Counted from the stretch's first letter, positions 38,456 through 51,553 are shown. The stretch: 64,000 nt of DNA from Octopus sinensis (GCF_006345805.1 NC_043012.1:2728001-2792000); one strand, 5' to 3'. The notes: generated by a model not told the origin, from the sequence alone. Made by a program: numbers and translations.

Positions 38456-39010
38456 TCGGTAGATTAACTATGGAAACTTTATTTAAAAATTAACGCATAG
38501 ATGCAACACACGTGTATTAATGTATGAAATAACTTCGAATTAACAGCAGAATTAATTCTAAGTTCGCATCACTTGTACGACAGTGACGCAGAATTAAATC
38601 CAAGAATTTATAGTTGAATTCTGTCAGCTTAGACCACCTGGCGTCAGCACAAGTATACGTCAGCATTTTTCTTGACCAATCAGCTCGTGTACCTATTTCA
38701 TTCACACACGGCAGGTCAACGTCATTTGGATCAATAAACTGGTACACCATTTCATTCCTCTACTCAGACCAATTGGCGTCTACACGAGCCAACCTCATCA
38801 GTTTTTCTAACCAATCAGCGACTTAGACCTGTGCTATGTTAACGAGCGTCGCTAGTCACAAAAAGTTATTCATTGGTTTTTCCCTGTGGTTGTCAGATAT
38901 ATAAACTGTATTGTAGTTAATTGCTAATCCTGACAAAACACTAAAACTGCATATCTCGTGATGGAAATATCAAAAATTTTATTCACGCCCATCTTTAACT
39001 GCGCATGCGT
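38456..39010 (-). promoter_or_regulatory. Candidate Pol II promoter and non-coding first exon
   Basis: CCAAT boxes (38676, 38769, 38811), TGACG half-sites, TGCGCATGCG (39000-39009), minus-strand TATAAAT (38612-38606) 28 nt before TCACTG, and a GTATGT donor at 38455. Confidence 0.4.
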
Positions 39011-39154
39011 GTATCATACAGCATATATTAGCGAAGCAATTCTCATTGGATCACTTTTACACACATCCTTGCTAGCGGTATAAGCAAAAGTGCATTTCGC
39101 ACTAAAAACCAATATAAGATTTCTTCTCATGGTAATTACTCAGTATAGTTTGTT

Positions 39155-39200
<46 letters not shown>

Positions 39201-39201
<1 letters not shown>

Positions 39202-39588
39202 TAGCAGTATCGCCCGGCGTTGCTCGGGTTTGTTTTGACCTGCTGGAATTGGAAATTTTGAAAAGTAAAAATTTTGCATTATGTAGCTTGTTATTCTGTT
39301 CAAGTGAACATTTTTCTGGTTGAAATACACCGAAAAGTGGCGACACAGCAGTGAAAAAATCGTAAAAAATAGGGATTTTCATAGAAAAAAGCACCTTTTT
39401 GATGTAAATAATTTTTGGTGTTAACATGGTCCGATTTGAATTTTATCTTCTACGGAAGGAAGGGCAACCCTTCTATCATACTCTCAATTTTGGTCAACTT
39501 GCGCCGCAGGGTCTCGGAGGAGATAGTGTTAGTTGAAGGCTACCAAACCTGGCGCACACAGACAACTTCAGCTTTATATATAGAGAGA
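39201..39588 (-). mobile_element. Non-autonomous Helitron, CpG-intact copy
   Basis: Minus strand: A|TC start, subterminal hairpin cccgagcaacgccggg, CTAG|T end, no TSD, matching canonical Helitron termini. Confidence 0.88.
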
Positions 39589-39589
39589 T

Positions 39590-39766
39590 AACACACACGC
39601 ACACACACACACACACATACACACACACATGTATGTATGTATGGATGTATGTATGTATATATGTACATCTGTCCACTTTTGCCATATTTTTATCCTTCAC
39701 TTCCTACACACACACACACACTCTCACACACACTAACACACACAGACACACACACACATACACACA

Positions 39767-39850
<84 letters not shown>
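39590..39850. repeat. (CA)n / (TATG)n compound microsatellite
   Basis: Directly visible; source of the HTHT/CVCV ORFs. Confidence 0.95.
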
Positions 39851-39851
<1 letters not shown>

Positions 39852-40400
39852 TCTTAGCTTACAATTTCTTTCTTTCAACAATTGACAACTGAAGTACGCT
39901 CGCAAATTGATACTACGAAAACTCAGTAACAGAAAGTAAATTAAAAACCAATTTACCTTTTCTGTTGAGTTATCATGGCAATTCGACCGTCTGATTTCCT
40001 TAAATCCGTCTCTTTTCTTCAACTGAACTTAGTTCCTATCGTTTCTTAAAGTCCTTTGTGAAATCTAGGAGTGTTTTTTTGTTGTTATTTCTCGAGAAAG
40101 TTTTGTTTCCTCGACACTAAAAACTAACGGGAAGTAGACAACAGTCCCAGTACAATTGGTGTAATAGTGTAACTCATAATGTGGGCGGCTAGCATCTACT
40201 CACCATATGTCAGTGAATTGTTGGTGTGTGTTTGCAAATGTGTTCGAATGAGAAAGTGAATTGTGTTTGGCGCCTTTTTTTACTAATAACAAACACACAC
40301 GTGTGTGTGTGTGTGTGTGTTTGAGTGTTTGTATGTAGTTGTTTGAAACAATTGTGTTTGTCACTGTCATATATGTATATGTTTGCGTGTCTATGTGTGT

Positions 40401-40840
40401 AAAGAGAAAGTAGGAGAAAGTGTGGTAATAGAAGGAGTAAAGCATTTGAAGTAAGAGAGGGAAATCGTAAAATATTGCGTTTTCTCGAATTTTTGCTTAA
40501 TTGGGGGTCAAATTGAAAGAAATTTATATGCCATGACCCAATAGAATGTACTTCGAAAAATCATAGGTAAATTCCAATTGAAGAAATTGTGTGAGGAGTA
40601 AATCGTTACGTATTTATTTGTTTGTATTTCCTCTGCATTTTTTTTGAGTAGTGGTTTAAGGTACACTTGCAAAGAGAAAGTAGGAGAAAGTGTGGTAATA
40701 GGAGTGAAGCACTTGAAATGAGAGAGGAAAATCGTAAAATATTTAGTTTTCTCGAATTTTCGCTTAATTGGGGGTCAAATTGAAAAAAATTTATATGCCA
40801 TGACCCAATCGAATCATAGGTAAATTCCAATTGAAGAAAT
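40401..40840. repeat. Tandem duplication of an about 190-bp segment (period about 270 bp)
   Basis: 40401-40590 and 40671-40840 both read aaagagaaagtaggagaaagtgtggtaatag..gggggtcaaattgaa..catgacccaat..cataggtaaattccaattgaagaaatt. Confidence 0.9.
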
Positions 40841-41379
40841 TCTATATTGTACAATTGTATTAAAAAGAAACATGGTCACAGGCAGAGAAAATCTGCCTTT
40901 TATCATAAGATATATATATAACTGTCCTTCCACCCGGCCTGTTAAGATTTTCCATTTTCCCTTTGCACCAGCTTACTACGTTCATCTGATAGTCGAAAGA
41001 TCCTTTTTGCTAATTATTTATGTTGTAATTGTACAATTATTTTCCTTTTGCTGAATAGCCGAAAGCATTTGTCCATTGTATATTTCTTTTTCTGTTGCAC
41101 TTTCATTATTATTTCAAAACTTTACGTTCGTCCAATAGTCGAAAGACCCTTTCTGTTGTATATTTATTAACATTTGTATATGGACAAACATTCTTCCTTC
41201 TGTTGTATATTTCTAGCTTTCTCGTTTTTTGTTTCTGTTCCTGTTTTCGTCCTTGTATACATTTGTTTGCCTTTCCCAGAGGCTTAATGCTTTTAGCTTA
41301 AGTTCCTGGCACCCACCGGATTCGAGCAGTCTCGGAGATAAGGGAGCGAAACTGCAAGGACTTTCTGGACTCCGACTGA

Positions 41380-41694
41380 TGAGGAAATCGGCTGCGAATG
41401 ATCCGTGTATCTTGTTTTTGTCCTGTTTGCCGTTTGTCGTGCTATCGTCTATTTTCCCGCATGTTGTGTTTTGTTGGTTTCCGTTTGTTGTGTTCTTTCT
41501 GTCGTACCTTTGATGCGATTTTTTTCCTCTGTCTTCCCTTCTCTGGATCTTTCCTTCTCCTATGTTTCCGACGAAGAGCTCCGCTCGAAACGTTAAACCC
41601 TCCTGCTTTCCTTCTTTCCTGAGCGTCCAATAATACTATATTTGTCCCACGTCCTCGCGTTGTTGTGTTTTTTTGTGCTTTCTTGTTTGGATTA

Positions 41695-41698
<4 letters not shown>
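41380..41698 (+). mobile_element. Penelope-like pseudo-LTR fragment; related fragments about 50840-51010 (+) and 51247-51377 (-)
   Basis: gaagagc-loop-gctcgaaacgttaaa..tttcctgagcg..taatac is shared with the reverse complement of 51247-51377. Confidence 0.6.
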
Positions 41699-41733
<35 letters not shown>

Positions 41734-42219
41734 TTTTTCAATATGCTAGGCCACTGGTTTTAAATTGATATTAATCAAATTAATATTCAATTTTTTCACC
41801 CTTATTATTTAAATTTAAATAACCATGTTCTCTAACCGGCAAAATTCACTGCAGAGAATTTTCTGCAGAATTGTTTCCGGTATTTTGGCACGCCAAAACA
41901 AAGACTTTTGAAATATAACCCCAAATGCAATTGATAGAACTATATGCATGTTCAATCTCATGCGGACGTCTCGTGTATAGTTCTGCAAATTATATTTTGC
42001 TATGACGATCACACTGATGATTTGCGGACATTTACGTAAGTATTACGTAAGTGGTAACAATGAAATCTTTATATTTTGTATGTTTTCATTTTGTGGATTA
42101 GCGTCTATGGGACCACTAGTTCGCATATGGATAAGATGTATGCTCTGACAAAGATCTTTTTTGTATAGACTATAAAGTTCGGATCCTTAGCTTTCACTAG
42201 CAGTGATTTCAAAATTCCA

Positions 42220-42316
<97 letters not shown>

Positions 42317-42319
42317 GGG

Positions 42320-45290
42320 AGCCATATCAGATGAATTGATACTTGTCCGGCCACTACTTTGTACAACATTGTTACTAAGACCAGGAACTTCATTAGCCTC
42401 ATTAATATTGTTGTTTTCTAACTTCAGATTATTGGATAGAGGTACTTCTGCATTAGCAAACTTGCGGAGGTTCTTCCTGTTTCATGGGCAACTTTTCTTA
42501 CTGTCACTCACGAGGTAACTTCTTTTGCTGACCTTTTCGGTTACTTTTATAGGTATCCGACTATGATCATTGTTAGCGATTCGCACTATTTCCTATTAGT
42601 TTAATGGTAAGATATCTTTGGATGATCAGTCAATATACAACGGGGTACCCAAAAGAACCCGGAATTTTGCAATATTATTTTATTCACTCAGTTTTACATG
42701 TTTACACTTTTATCGCCTTCAAAGAATTCTCCATTTGAAGCAATGCATCAGTTCAGACGCGTTTCCACTGTTGGAAGCAGTGCTGGAACTCTTGCAAAGT
42801 GATGCCTTTTAACGCCTTCGTTCTTGTTTTTTTTCGCCTTTTCCACATCTGCAAATTCCGTAGCACCAGCTTTCGTCACCTTCGGAAAAAGGTTCGGATC
42901 AACTTCCACCTGTATTTTCAGTTCACGACATGCATTCAGTCGTGGCTGGTTTTGATCTTCCGTGAACAAGCGAGGCACAAATTTTGTTGCAACTCTTTTC
43001 ATTCGCAATTCCTCGCTCAAAATTCGTCGGCAGGAACTCTAAGACTCACTAGTCATATCAACAAGTTCATCAATTGTTCGGTGACGGTCCTCCAAGACCA
43101 GTTCATGAATTATCATGATGCTTTCATTCGTTCGGGAGGTCGGTGGTCGCCCTGAACGAGGTTGGTCCTCAAGCGACCATTCCTAAAACGTGAAAACCAC
43201 TCGTAAACTTGTGTTTTACTCATAGAAGCGGCCTTGTTAGCTGTTTGAAGCACGACAACTGTTTCGGTCGCTCTTTTCCCTAGCAGAGAGTAGAATTTTA
43301 CTGAAGCGCGCTGTTCCTTCGTTTCAGCCATCGCAACAATCGATGAACAGGGGAGAAGCACTGCAAAACAAAGACGCACCACGTGACAGCAGGACCACAC
43401 TCGAGGACGCCCGTCGACAGACTGATGCCTGAGGATCGCATCAAGTGGCTTCTAGCGGCAGAAGCCTGAACTACAACGGGCTTGTTCCACAGAGAACGTT
43501 TCCGGTTAATTTTGGGAAGCCCCCTCGTACATTTTAACCTTTGCCCTTTCTGCCATATATTAGGTTTCAACTGAAGATTAATCGTTGGCCGTAATGTTCT
43601 AGTTCTTCGACCCAATAATCGAACTATGGATAAGGTGTATACTCTGACAAAGAGCTTTTTTTGTATAGACTATAAAGTTCGGATCTTTAGCTTTCACTAG
43701 CAGTGATTTCAAAATTCCAATCAGAGAGAGAGAGAGGGGGGGAGAGAGCGAGGGAGAGAGAGAAAGGCCATGGATTGTCGATATATGGAACTGGAACTAC
43801 TTTATTCAACCAGCCACATATTGGAGGGTCCTTTGATCAACTGACTGCTAAATTGCGAACTATTATCTGCCACAAATTTCAGTGGAACACCTTGTCTCAT
43901 AAACTGAGATTTTGTAGAAGTTTACAGTTGTTTGGCTTTTTGAAGATTGGCAGTTGACCAGATTCAATGAATTCAGTGCAGTAGATCACAAGAATGAGAT
44001 ACTGAAATAAATCTTCCTAAACAGTTGATTACAATAACTCTGGCACTGGTACTTGAGCCACGCGTCTCCTTATATTGGCTTCTTTGGTTCCACGTAAAGA
44101 TAACACGTTTGCCAACCACTTCAATGATGTCGATGCCTGCAGACATCTCAGACTAAAACAGTAATTCTCCTGCTCTCCTTCGACACAGTGAGTGACGTTT
44201 ATGCCAGCCATAATTCAGTGCCATGCTCATGGAACTACAATTTTGCGATTTTGAATAGTTTGCCAATTTCATTCTTACTACCAATAGTATCTAGAAATGT
44301 ACAGCGACTTTCAGGCCAGCTCTGTTCTAGGACTAGTATTCATTCAACTAAGTTGACTATCTATTAGTATTCTGAGCTTTTGGTTCAACAATTTTTGCTT
44401 AACTCATCTGAAGTGTTAGAAACAAACCAACGTCATCAATGTTGATATGTTTCACAGATGAGAAACCAATTGTATACGGCACAACTAAGTGTATCTGCAA
44501 TTATCAACTCATTTCTCTTTACATGTTTTCCTTTTGTGGAGCAGCCATTTAAGACTTGCATACTCCTGCAAAAGGATTAGACTTGCAACATTCATTTAGA
44601 GCAATGTATTATAGCGGATTTGAACACACCCAGAAACTCGGAAGATTATTGAAAGTAAATCTGCCAACTGGGCTGTTGCATGTAGTTAGTTTGCTGCTCG
44701 TTTAGGACAGCTTTATTTACTAAAAGCCTTTCTGAGCATCCGACACCATGAAAAATTTTGCAGCTGGTATTCTAAGAGCTTTAGCTGGGAAAAGGTGATC
44801 AGTTTCTAGAAGCATAGCGAAGTTTCTCTGCGACTGGGGACGAAAATGCCTTTTGGTGGCACCAAGCACGATAGGACAAATACAAAAAAATGTTCGTCCC
44901 TTCGGGTAAACCTTTCTCCCACTACATCTATCAGTTTTCGTCTGTTTGGGTATTAATGAGATATGGCTCCGATCAAGAACCAATGACGGCAAAAGCAAAC
45001 TGCCATTAACACCAAGCTCACGAATATATGCTTGTTTATTCAGTTCCGTTATATATTCATTAATATTTCAACATTCTGTTTGGTAGTGAAAAACAGGTCT
45101 ACCACGAAAGAAATTAATAATTCTAGGTGTGCATAAACTACCAAAGTTTTCTGTGATTTTCACATCAACATTTTTACTCAGGTTTATCTCATACGTAGAA
45201 GTAACAAAATAACCTTTACCTTGTTCAGTAGTGATAGCAGCCGCAGACTTTTGACTAATCAGCTGACTCATTGTTCAGGCGTGCAGTCTT
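42320..45290 (-). mobile_element. Ty3/Gypsy pol relic (RT, RNase H end, integrase), interrupted by a mariner and an (AG)n-linked 100-bp unit
   Basis: Minus-strand fragments in order: AKFFMVSDAQKGF..IKLS..SSKLTTCNSPVGRFTF (RT), NELIIADTLSCA (RNase H end), YLILVIYCTEFIE and GVPLKFVADNSSQFSS (integrase core), MGRRTRTLRPT, RSYLV..NRKNLR and SSGR (integrase tail); many stops and frameshifts. Confidence 0.75.
42638..43527 (-). mobile_element. Internally deleted mariner transposon
   Basis: TA flanks; diverged TIRs (cgagggggcttcccaaaattaaccgga / caacggggtacccaaaagaacccgga). Transposase N-terminus (EQRASVKF..QVYEWFSRFRNG, RSGRP, KFVPRL) is fused to the C-terminus (FADVE..CIASNGEFFEGD); the catalytic core is missing. 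Confidence 0.9.
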
Positions 45291-45849
45291 CCCTTTTGCC
45301 ATTTCTATCGCGACTATAACAGCCTTTGCTCTTTGGAGCTGACTGGACTCATAGCACCTCCACACAAGCATTATCCACTGACTCATCTCTTCTCTCCATT
45401 TCATCACCTTTGTTGCCCCCCCCCCACATCCTTAACCCTTCACTAATCACTACACGCACTCCTTCCTTTCCAAAATCTCGATCCTCTAAAGTTCTCTCCC
45501 TGTTCTTATCTAGGTGGTGTTGATTTACTAATGTTCCTCTTGAACTTTCGTGTCAACCACACTGGTAGGGGACAACACACGAAGACCATAAACACTGCCC
45601 CTTTTATCCAGATCCAGCGAGTAAAAAAAGGTTAGGCTGCGAGGACGTTGAACTAATCGAATAACAATGCAGCATTTAACACATCTGTACTGTTAGTCAA
45701 ATCGAACTGTTTCCAATATTCAAGGTTGGTAGAATCAAACAGTGTTAATGTTGAATATATACAAAGTATCAAATGAGAGTAAATTAGCCGTCTGAAGTAC
45801 TAAGTGATTGATGATGTATCCTTTCAGATCAGCTCTGATTGAGAGGACC

Positions 45850-46050
45850 GTGCAACTTTAATTCAGAAAGTATACCTGGAGTTAGCCAATCAATCCTGCT
45901 TCTATAATGGCCTCTGCTCCTCAGAGTTAGCAGTTCTGATGCCATATGCACTGAGGTACTTCCGTCCAACTCGTCTCTCCTCTCCTCAGCAATTGTGGCT
46001 AAAAGGTGGTTCTGCACTCCTAAAAAGCCTTGTAACTCCCGAATCAGTAA
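45850..46050 (+). mobile_element. Degraded LINE 3' fragment (CR1/L2/Jockey-group)
   Basis: Translates to FYNGLCSSELAVLMPYALRYFRPTRLSS. Confidence 0.5.
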
Positions 46051-46149
46051 AGTATAAATTGTTGGAAACTATACAAGAGAAATGAATTAGGGTTTTAACA
46101 ACTTGTATCTGCACTGTTCGTGGGCCATCAGCAATACCTCATTAATCAA

Positions 46150-46400
46150 CATGCTCTACCGACGCAAACTGGATGAAATCTAAAGGCTCCTCATCAATAC
46201 ACGGATCAAATGGTTTGAACACGCAGCGCACAAGAAGGGGAATATAAAACACCTTAGCGGATCCTGTACGGTGAAATACCTGTCTCATGCATGTCTCGTA
46301 GGCAGAGGCACAGTCAAGTTCTAAAGATGAGGGGAGCGAGCATACAAAAAAAAAAAGGTGTCGTGACCTACACCGAAGAATTTTAAACTTGTTTCTCTCA
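46150..46400 (+). mobile_element. Degraded RTE-like LINE 3' fragment
   Basis: Translation contains RIKWFEHAAH, resembling the RTE RLRWFGHV motif. Confidence 0.35.
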
Positions 46401-46431
46401 CATTGCGCGAAATATTTCACTAGTTGTAATA

Positions 46432-46725
46432 TGTTTGTTCCTTCTCGAGCCATGCCTGGCTCATAAGGGCCGGTTTCCCGGTTTCCTTGGTATATAGGTT
46501 CCCCACCTGGACGGGACGCCAATCTGTCGCAGGTGAGCTGCAAGATGCAGGAGGAAACAGTGAGAGAAAGTTGTGGCGAAAGAGTCAGCAGAAGTTCGCC
46601 ATTACCTTCTGCCGGAGCTTAGGTGTTTCGCTCATAAAAACATAGATCGCCCGGTCTGAGATTCGAACCCGCGATCCCCCCGACCGCGAGTCCGCTGCTC
46701 TAACCACTAGGCCATGTGCCTCCAC
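46432..46725 (-). mobile_element. tRNA-headed SINE family C
   Basis: Head ggcacatggcctagtggttagagcagcggactcgcggtcg..ggttcgaatc; TSD-like agtt(g/a)taatat on both sides; near-identical to 53291-53584. Confidence 0.9.
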
Positions 46726-47734
46726 AAGTTATAATATACATAATCGTATTCTACATTCATTAATTTCATGTTACAGTAACAATTTCATCATGTAAGAAAT
46801 TTTTTAAAAATTGTTGAAAATTGCTCCTAGGCGAACGGTTGTTCCCCTTGCGTCCCTATTAGCTACACCACAGCTCGTAAGTATCTATCTTCTTAACTGG
46901 AAAAGCATGTTTCGCATCAGGCTCACATAGGATGTGCAATAAACACTCCATTTTTTAAATTTGTATAATGCGCGTCACTAATCAATACATTGGTTAGTGA
47001 CGCGCGTTAATGAACTAAATTAGCAAAACAAATATATATTTTTCTTTTTACATGTTTCAGTCATTGAGCTGCGGCCATGCTGGGGCACCGCCTTGAAGGG
47101 TACTTATTCTTTTTTTAAAAAAAAAACCTTATTTTATCGGTCACTTATGCTGAACTGCTTAGGTACGGGGACGTAAACAAACCAGCGTCGGTTGTCAAGC
47201 GGTGGTGCAGGACAAACACAAATATATAAAATAGACACAAACAAAGAGCAGCACGCACCAGCATGTATTTGTACGCGTGTGTATTATACTATTACACACA
47301 TACACACGGCGGGCTTCTTTTAGTTTCTGTCTACCAAATCCATTCATAAGGTTTTGGACGGTCCGCCTTTGTCGTAGCTGAGCAAATAGACTCAGGGGTT
47401 AATTGACAATGTTTGCTCTACAGAACGAAATGACGAACAGACAACTGGTTTCGCCAGATCCATCACTGATTCAGGACAAGTGTTTAGTAAATTCGCGCGC
47501 GCGTGCGAGAGAGAGATTTGTGGCTACAAACGAACAATGCTTTGATCAACAGATACTTCTTTCTGTTCATTTACATATCTGTACATCCGCCGGGCGACGT
47601 AGATTAATTAACTAATATGATTTTAACTTTTATAACTTAACCACAAACACGCCATCTTAAATTAATACCTCACATAAATGAATGCTCTAATATGCAAATG
47701 AGCAAACTAGTTCCTGTTGCTCATCACATATTTC

Positions 47735-48153
47735 TTTATTGCTCACAAGGGGTTAGACATAGAGGGGGACAAACAAGGACAAAGGGATTAAGTCGATTTC
47801 ATCGACCTCAGATCGTAATTGATACTTATTTAATCGACCCGGAAAGGATAAAAGGCAAAGTGGACCTCGGCGGAATTTAAACTCAGAACGTAACGGCAGG
47901 CCAAATACCGCTAAGCATTTCGCCTGACGTTTCTTATTTCTTTATTGCCCAGAAGGGGCTAAACACAGAGAGGACAAACAAGGACAGACAAACGGATTAA
48001 GTCGATTATATTGACCCCAGTGCGTAACTGGTATTTATTTAATCGACCCGGAAAGGATGAAAGGCAAAGTCGACCTCGGCGGAATTTGAACTCAGAACGT
48101 AACGGCAGACGAAATACGGTTACGCATTTAACCCGGCGTGCTAACGTTTCTGC
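47735..48153 (-). mobile_element. SINE family B head-to-tail dimer
   Basis: Two consecutive units; junction aaagaaataagaaacgt. Confidence 0.85.
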
Positions 48154-50380
48154 TTATAGAAAGGATCGAGGAAAGGTTGCTGACGAGCCGGTAATAACCA
48201 GGTGAAAGCAGCCGAGTTGGAATTCAGTTATGCTTTGCAGAGCTAGACCTATGGCACGAGTTTGGTGGTGATGGGATGTTACTAAATATTCATGTTAACG
48301 TGTTTACGTGCCTCAGCACATAAGTTAATTAGTGCGCGCGTGATGTTTGTCTGCTCCTTCAGCCCTACCCCTTACAGATTGTACGCTCTGTTCTCTCAGC
48401 TTTAGATATACAAGGAATTTCATAAACTAGTCTATAAATTGAAACTGACCCCATAAAAAAAAAAAAAAAATCAGTGACAGGCAGAGTCTGTAACAATGTA
48501 TGTCTTGAAAATTCAGTAACTTCTAAACTGGAGCGAGGCAGCATGTTCTTTGTCTCCTTAACTTCTTAGAGATTTTAGGTATAATTATACTAATGTGTTC
48601 TAATTTAATTAAGTTCTGTCTTTGTGCAGCTGAAGATTGCTCTGCATTTTAAATTGATGTAATGATTGAATTGTTCAATTAGAGTCGCATGAAACGATCG
48701 TACTGCATTACCTCTGGATATCCTTGTTGCTTATTTTGATTTTAATCACCTTACTTTGAAATTGTATGGATAATACCGTACTAAATTCTGGTGCCTCAAC
48801 TTAAGTACCATATTCAGCTGAATCTAAATTTTTGCTGTAGAGTATATTACTCTTTACTCTTTCACTTGTTTCAGTCATTTGACTGTGGCCATGCTGGAGC
48901 ACCGCCTTAGTCGAGCAACTCGACCCCAGGACTTACACTTTGTAAGCCTAGTACTTATTCTATCGGTTTCTTTTGCCGAACCGCTAAGTTACGGGGACGT
49001 AAACACCAGCATCGGTTGTCAAGCGATGTTGGGGGGGGGGGTCAAACACACACACACACACATATATATATACGACAGGCTTCTTTCAATTTCCGCCTAC
49101 CAAATCCACTCACAAGGCTTTGGTTGGCTCGATGCTATAGCAGAAGACATTTACCCAAGGTGCCACGCAGTGGGACTGAACCCGTGGCTGGTAAGCAAGC
49201 TACTTACCACACAGCTACTCCTGCGCCTATTTAGCTTTGAACCAACTCTTTTCCCAATAGTCAGAATGTAAACACTACTTGTTCCTCTCGGCATCTTGTT
49301 GCTGTTCAAACATTGTTTTGCATCAACGCAACAGTTTTATATACACGCATATAAATACACGCACGTGCGCGCTACTCTGTATGTGGGTTCGTATTATATG
49401 CTTGTGTGTGTATATGTGTGTGCATGCATGTGTGAGTGTATGTGTGTGTGTGCGTGCGTAAATATATGTGTGTGTGTGTGTGTATAGTAACACACACACG
49501 AATATGAGTGAAAGTGCGTGTATGTGTGTTTGTGTGGGTACCTCTTTTTTTGCACACACACACAAACACACACAGGCACACAGACACACACACACAAACA
49601 CACACACAAACACACACACAAACACACACACACACAAACACACACAAACACACACACACACAAACACACACAAACACAGAACTTTTATTGTCAGTTTGTC
49701 GGTGCAGGTAGTTTATTTGCAATTCAAAACAATATGCAATAAAGTCGATGCTTTAAACAAAGCTATTCCCACAGCTATGGCCTTTTGATCGACGAAAACA
49801 AACGCATCGATATTTTCGAAAATGTTTCTGATTGGTTCGTTGCAAGACCCGAGTTATCCAATCAAATCCGTTTTCAAGAGACTGGCTTTGCATCGAATGA
49901 AAGGGGAGCTTCCTGTTTCAGTAAAGATTGTCCTGAAACAGCGACAAGTGCAAGTCTATTAAGATTGGCTTTCATTGTATCAATCACTACACACCTCATT
50001 TCTTCGTGTGTAGATCAATCAGAATTTCTATCTGATAACAGAGCCGTGGTGTTTTCAGTAGAAATTGGCACACGGAATAGATTTGTTGTTGTTGGTGTTG
50101 TCGTTGGTGGTGGTGGTAGTGGGTGGTGGGGAGTCGGAGGGGGGCGGGGTTAGAGTGGTGGTGCTAAATAGCAAAGGCAAGAGAAAAGACAGGTAAATTA
50201 TTGAAAAGCTGTATCAAATAAACTGAGAGATCCACAAATAGTAGCACAGATACGTAAATATACATTATATATACACACACACAATATATATATATATATA
50301 TATACAAACACATACTATATATATCCACGCAAGCACACATATGTACAGACACACACATACATACATACGATATATATATA

Positions 50381-50612
50381 CTGGGTTGGTGCATAATTAT
50401 TGCGACTTTTTCTTTTCAACAAATTCTATTTAACAAAGACAATAACAACATGTAACAAAACCATCTTTAAATGATTATTCCGGAGCATATTCACCATCTA
50501 CTTCAATTACTACTTCCCATTTGATTGGCAGACGGTCAGACGGTTATTTAAAGATGTTTTTGTTGAATAAAATTTGTTGAAGAGAAACCGCAATAATTAT
50601 GCGCCAACCCTA
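50381..50612 (-). mobile_element. Mariner MITE (Hsmar1/MADE-like TIRs)
   Basis: TA-flanked TIRs gggttggtgcataattattgcg / cgcaataattatgcgccaaccc; the minus strand keeps the transposase end KWEVVIEVDGEYAPE-stop. Confidence 0.85.
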
Positions 50613-50645
50613 TATATATACATATATATGTATGTGAGTGTGTAG

Positions 50646-50741
<96 letters not shown>

Positions 50742-50789
50742 ATATATATATGTGTGTGTGTGTATATATATATGTGTGTATATATTATA

Positions 50790-50840
<51 letters not shown>

Positions 50841-51245
50841 CCTTCGAAACACGCAATGTCGAAGCAGGGGCAGCTGAAGAAGGGGAATGTTCCTTGTGTT
50901 GTATGTCTTGTACTCTGTTTTTTCGTTGTTTAAAAAAGTCCGTTTCCATGTTTTGTTTTTATGTTTTCGTTTCTCGTTGTGTTCTACGTTTTTTTGTGGT
51001 GTTCTGTACCCATATATGCATGTATATATACATATAGATGTAGGTATGTACATACATGTATGTATGTATGTATGTATGTATGTATGCATGCATATGCTTT
51101 ATTAAATTGTTATTATATATATATATATGTATATATATATGTATGTATATATATATATACATATATATGTATGTGTATATATATATATATATGTATGTAT
51201 ATATATATATATATGTATGTATATATATATATATATGTATGTATA
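50613..51245. repeat. (TA)n/(TG)n/(TATG)n compound microsatellites
   Basis: Directly visible; interrupted by the pLTR-like fragment at about 50840-51010. Confidence 0.9.
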
Positions 51246-51377
51246 GGGGGAAGCTTTATGAAAATAAACAAAAGACGAAGGCAGGTGGAAAACAAACGAA
51301 CAATTGTATTAGTATGGCGCTCAGGAAATATAAATAAAACAAGTCTTTAACGTTTCGAGCCTACGCTCTTCAACAGA

Positions 51378-51514
51378 CTCCAGGACTTATTCTTTGTAAG
51401 CCTAGTACTTATTCTATCGGTCTTTTGCCGAACCGCTAAGCTACGGGGTCATAAACACACCAGCATCGGTTGTCAAGCAATGTTGGGGGAGGGGACAAAC
51501 ACAGACACAAACAT

Positions 51515-51553
<39 letters not shown>

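Noticed and set aside
39633-40022. Many ORFs rich in HT, CV, YI or SL dipeptides (also 742-1065, 49323-49788, 50638-51350, 62391-62746)
   Set aside because: They are translations of (CA)n, (TA)n and (CT)n microsatellites.
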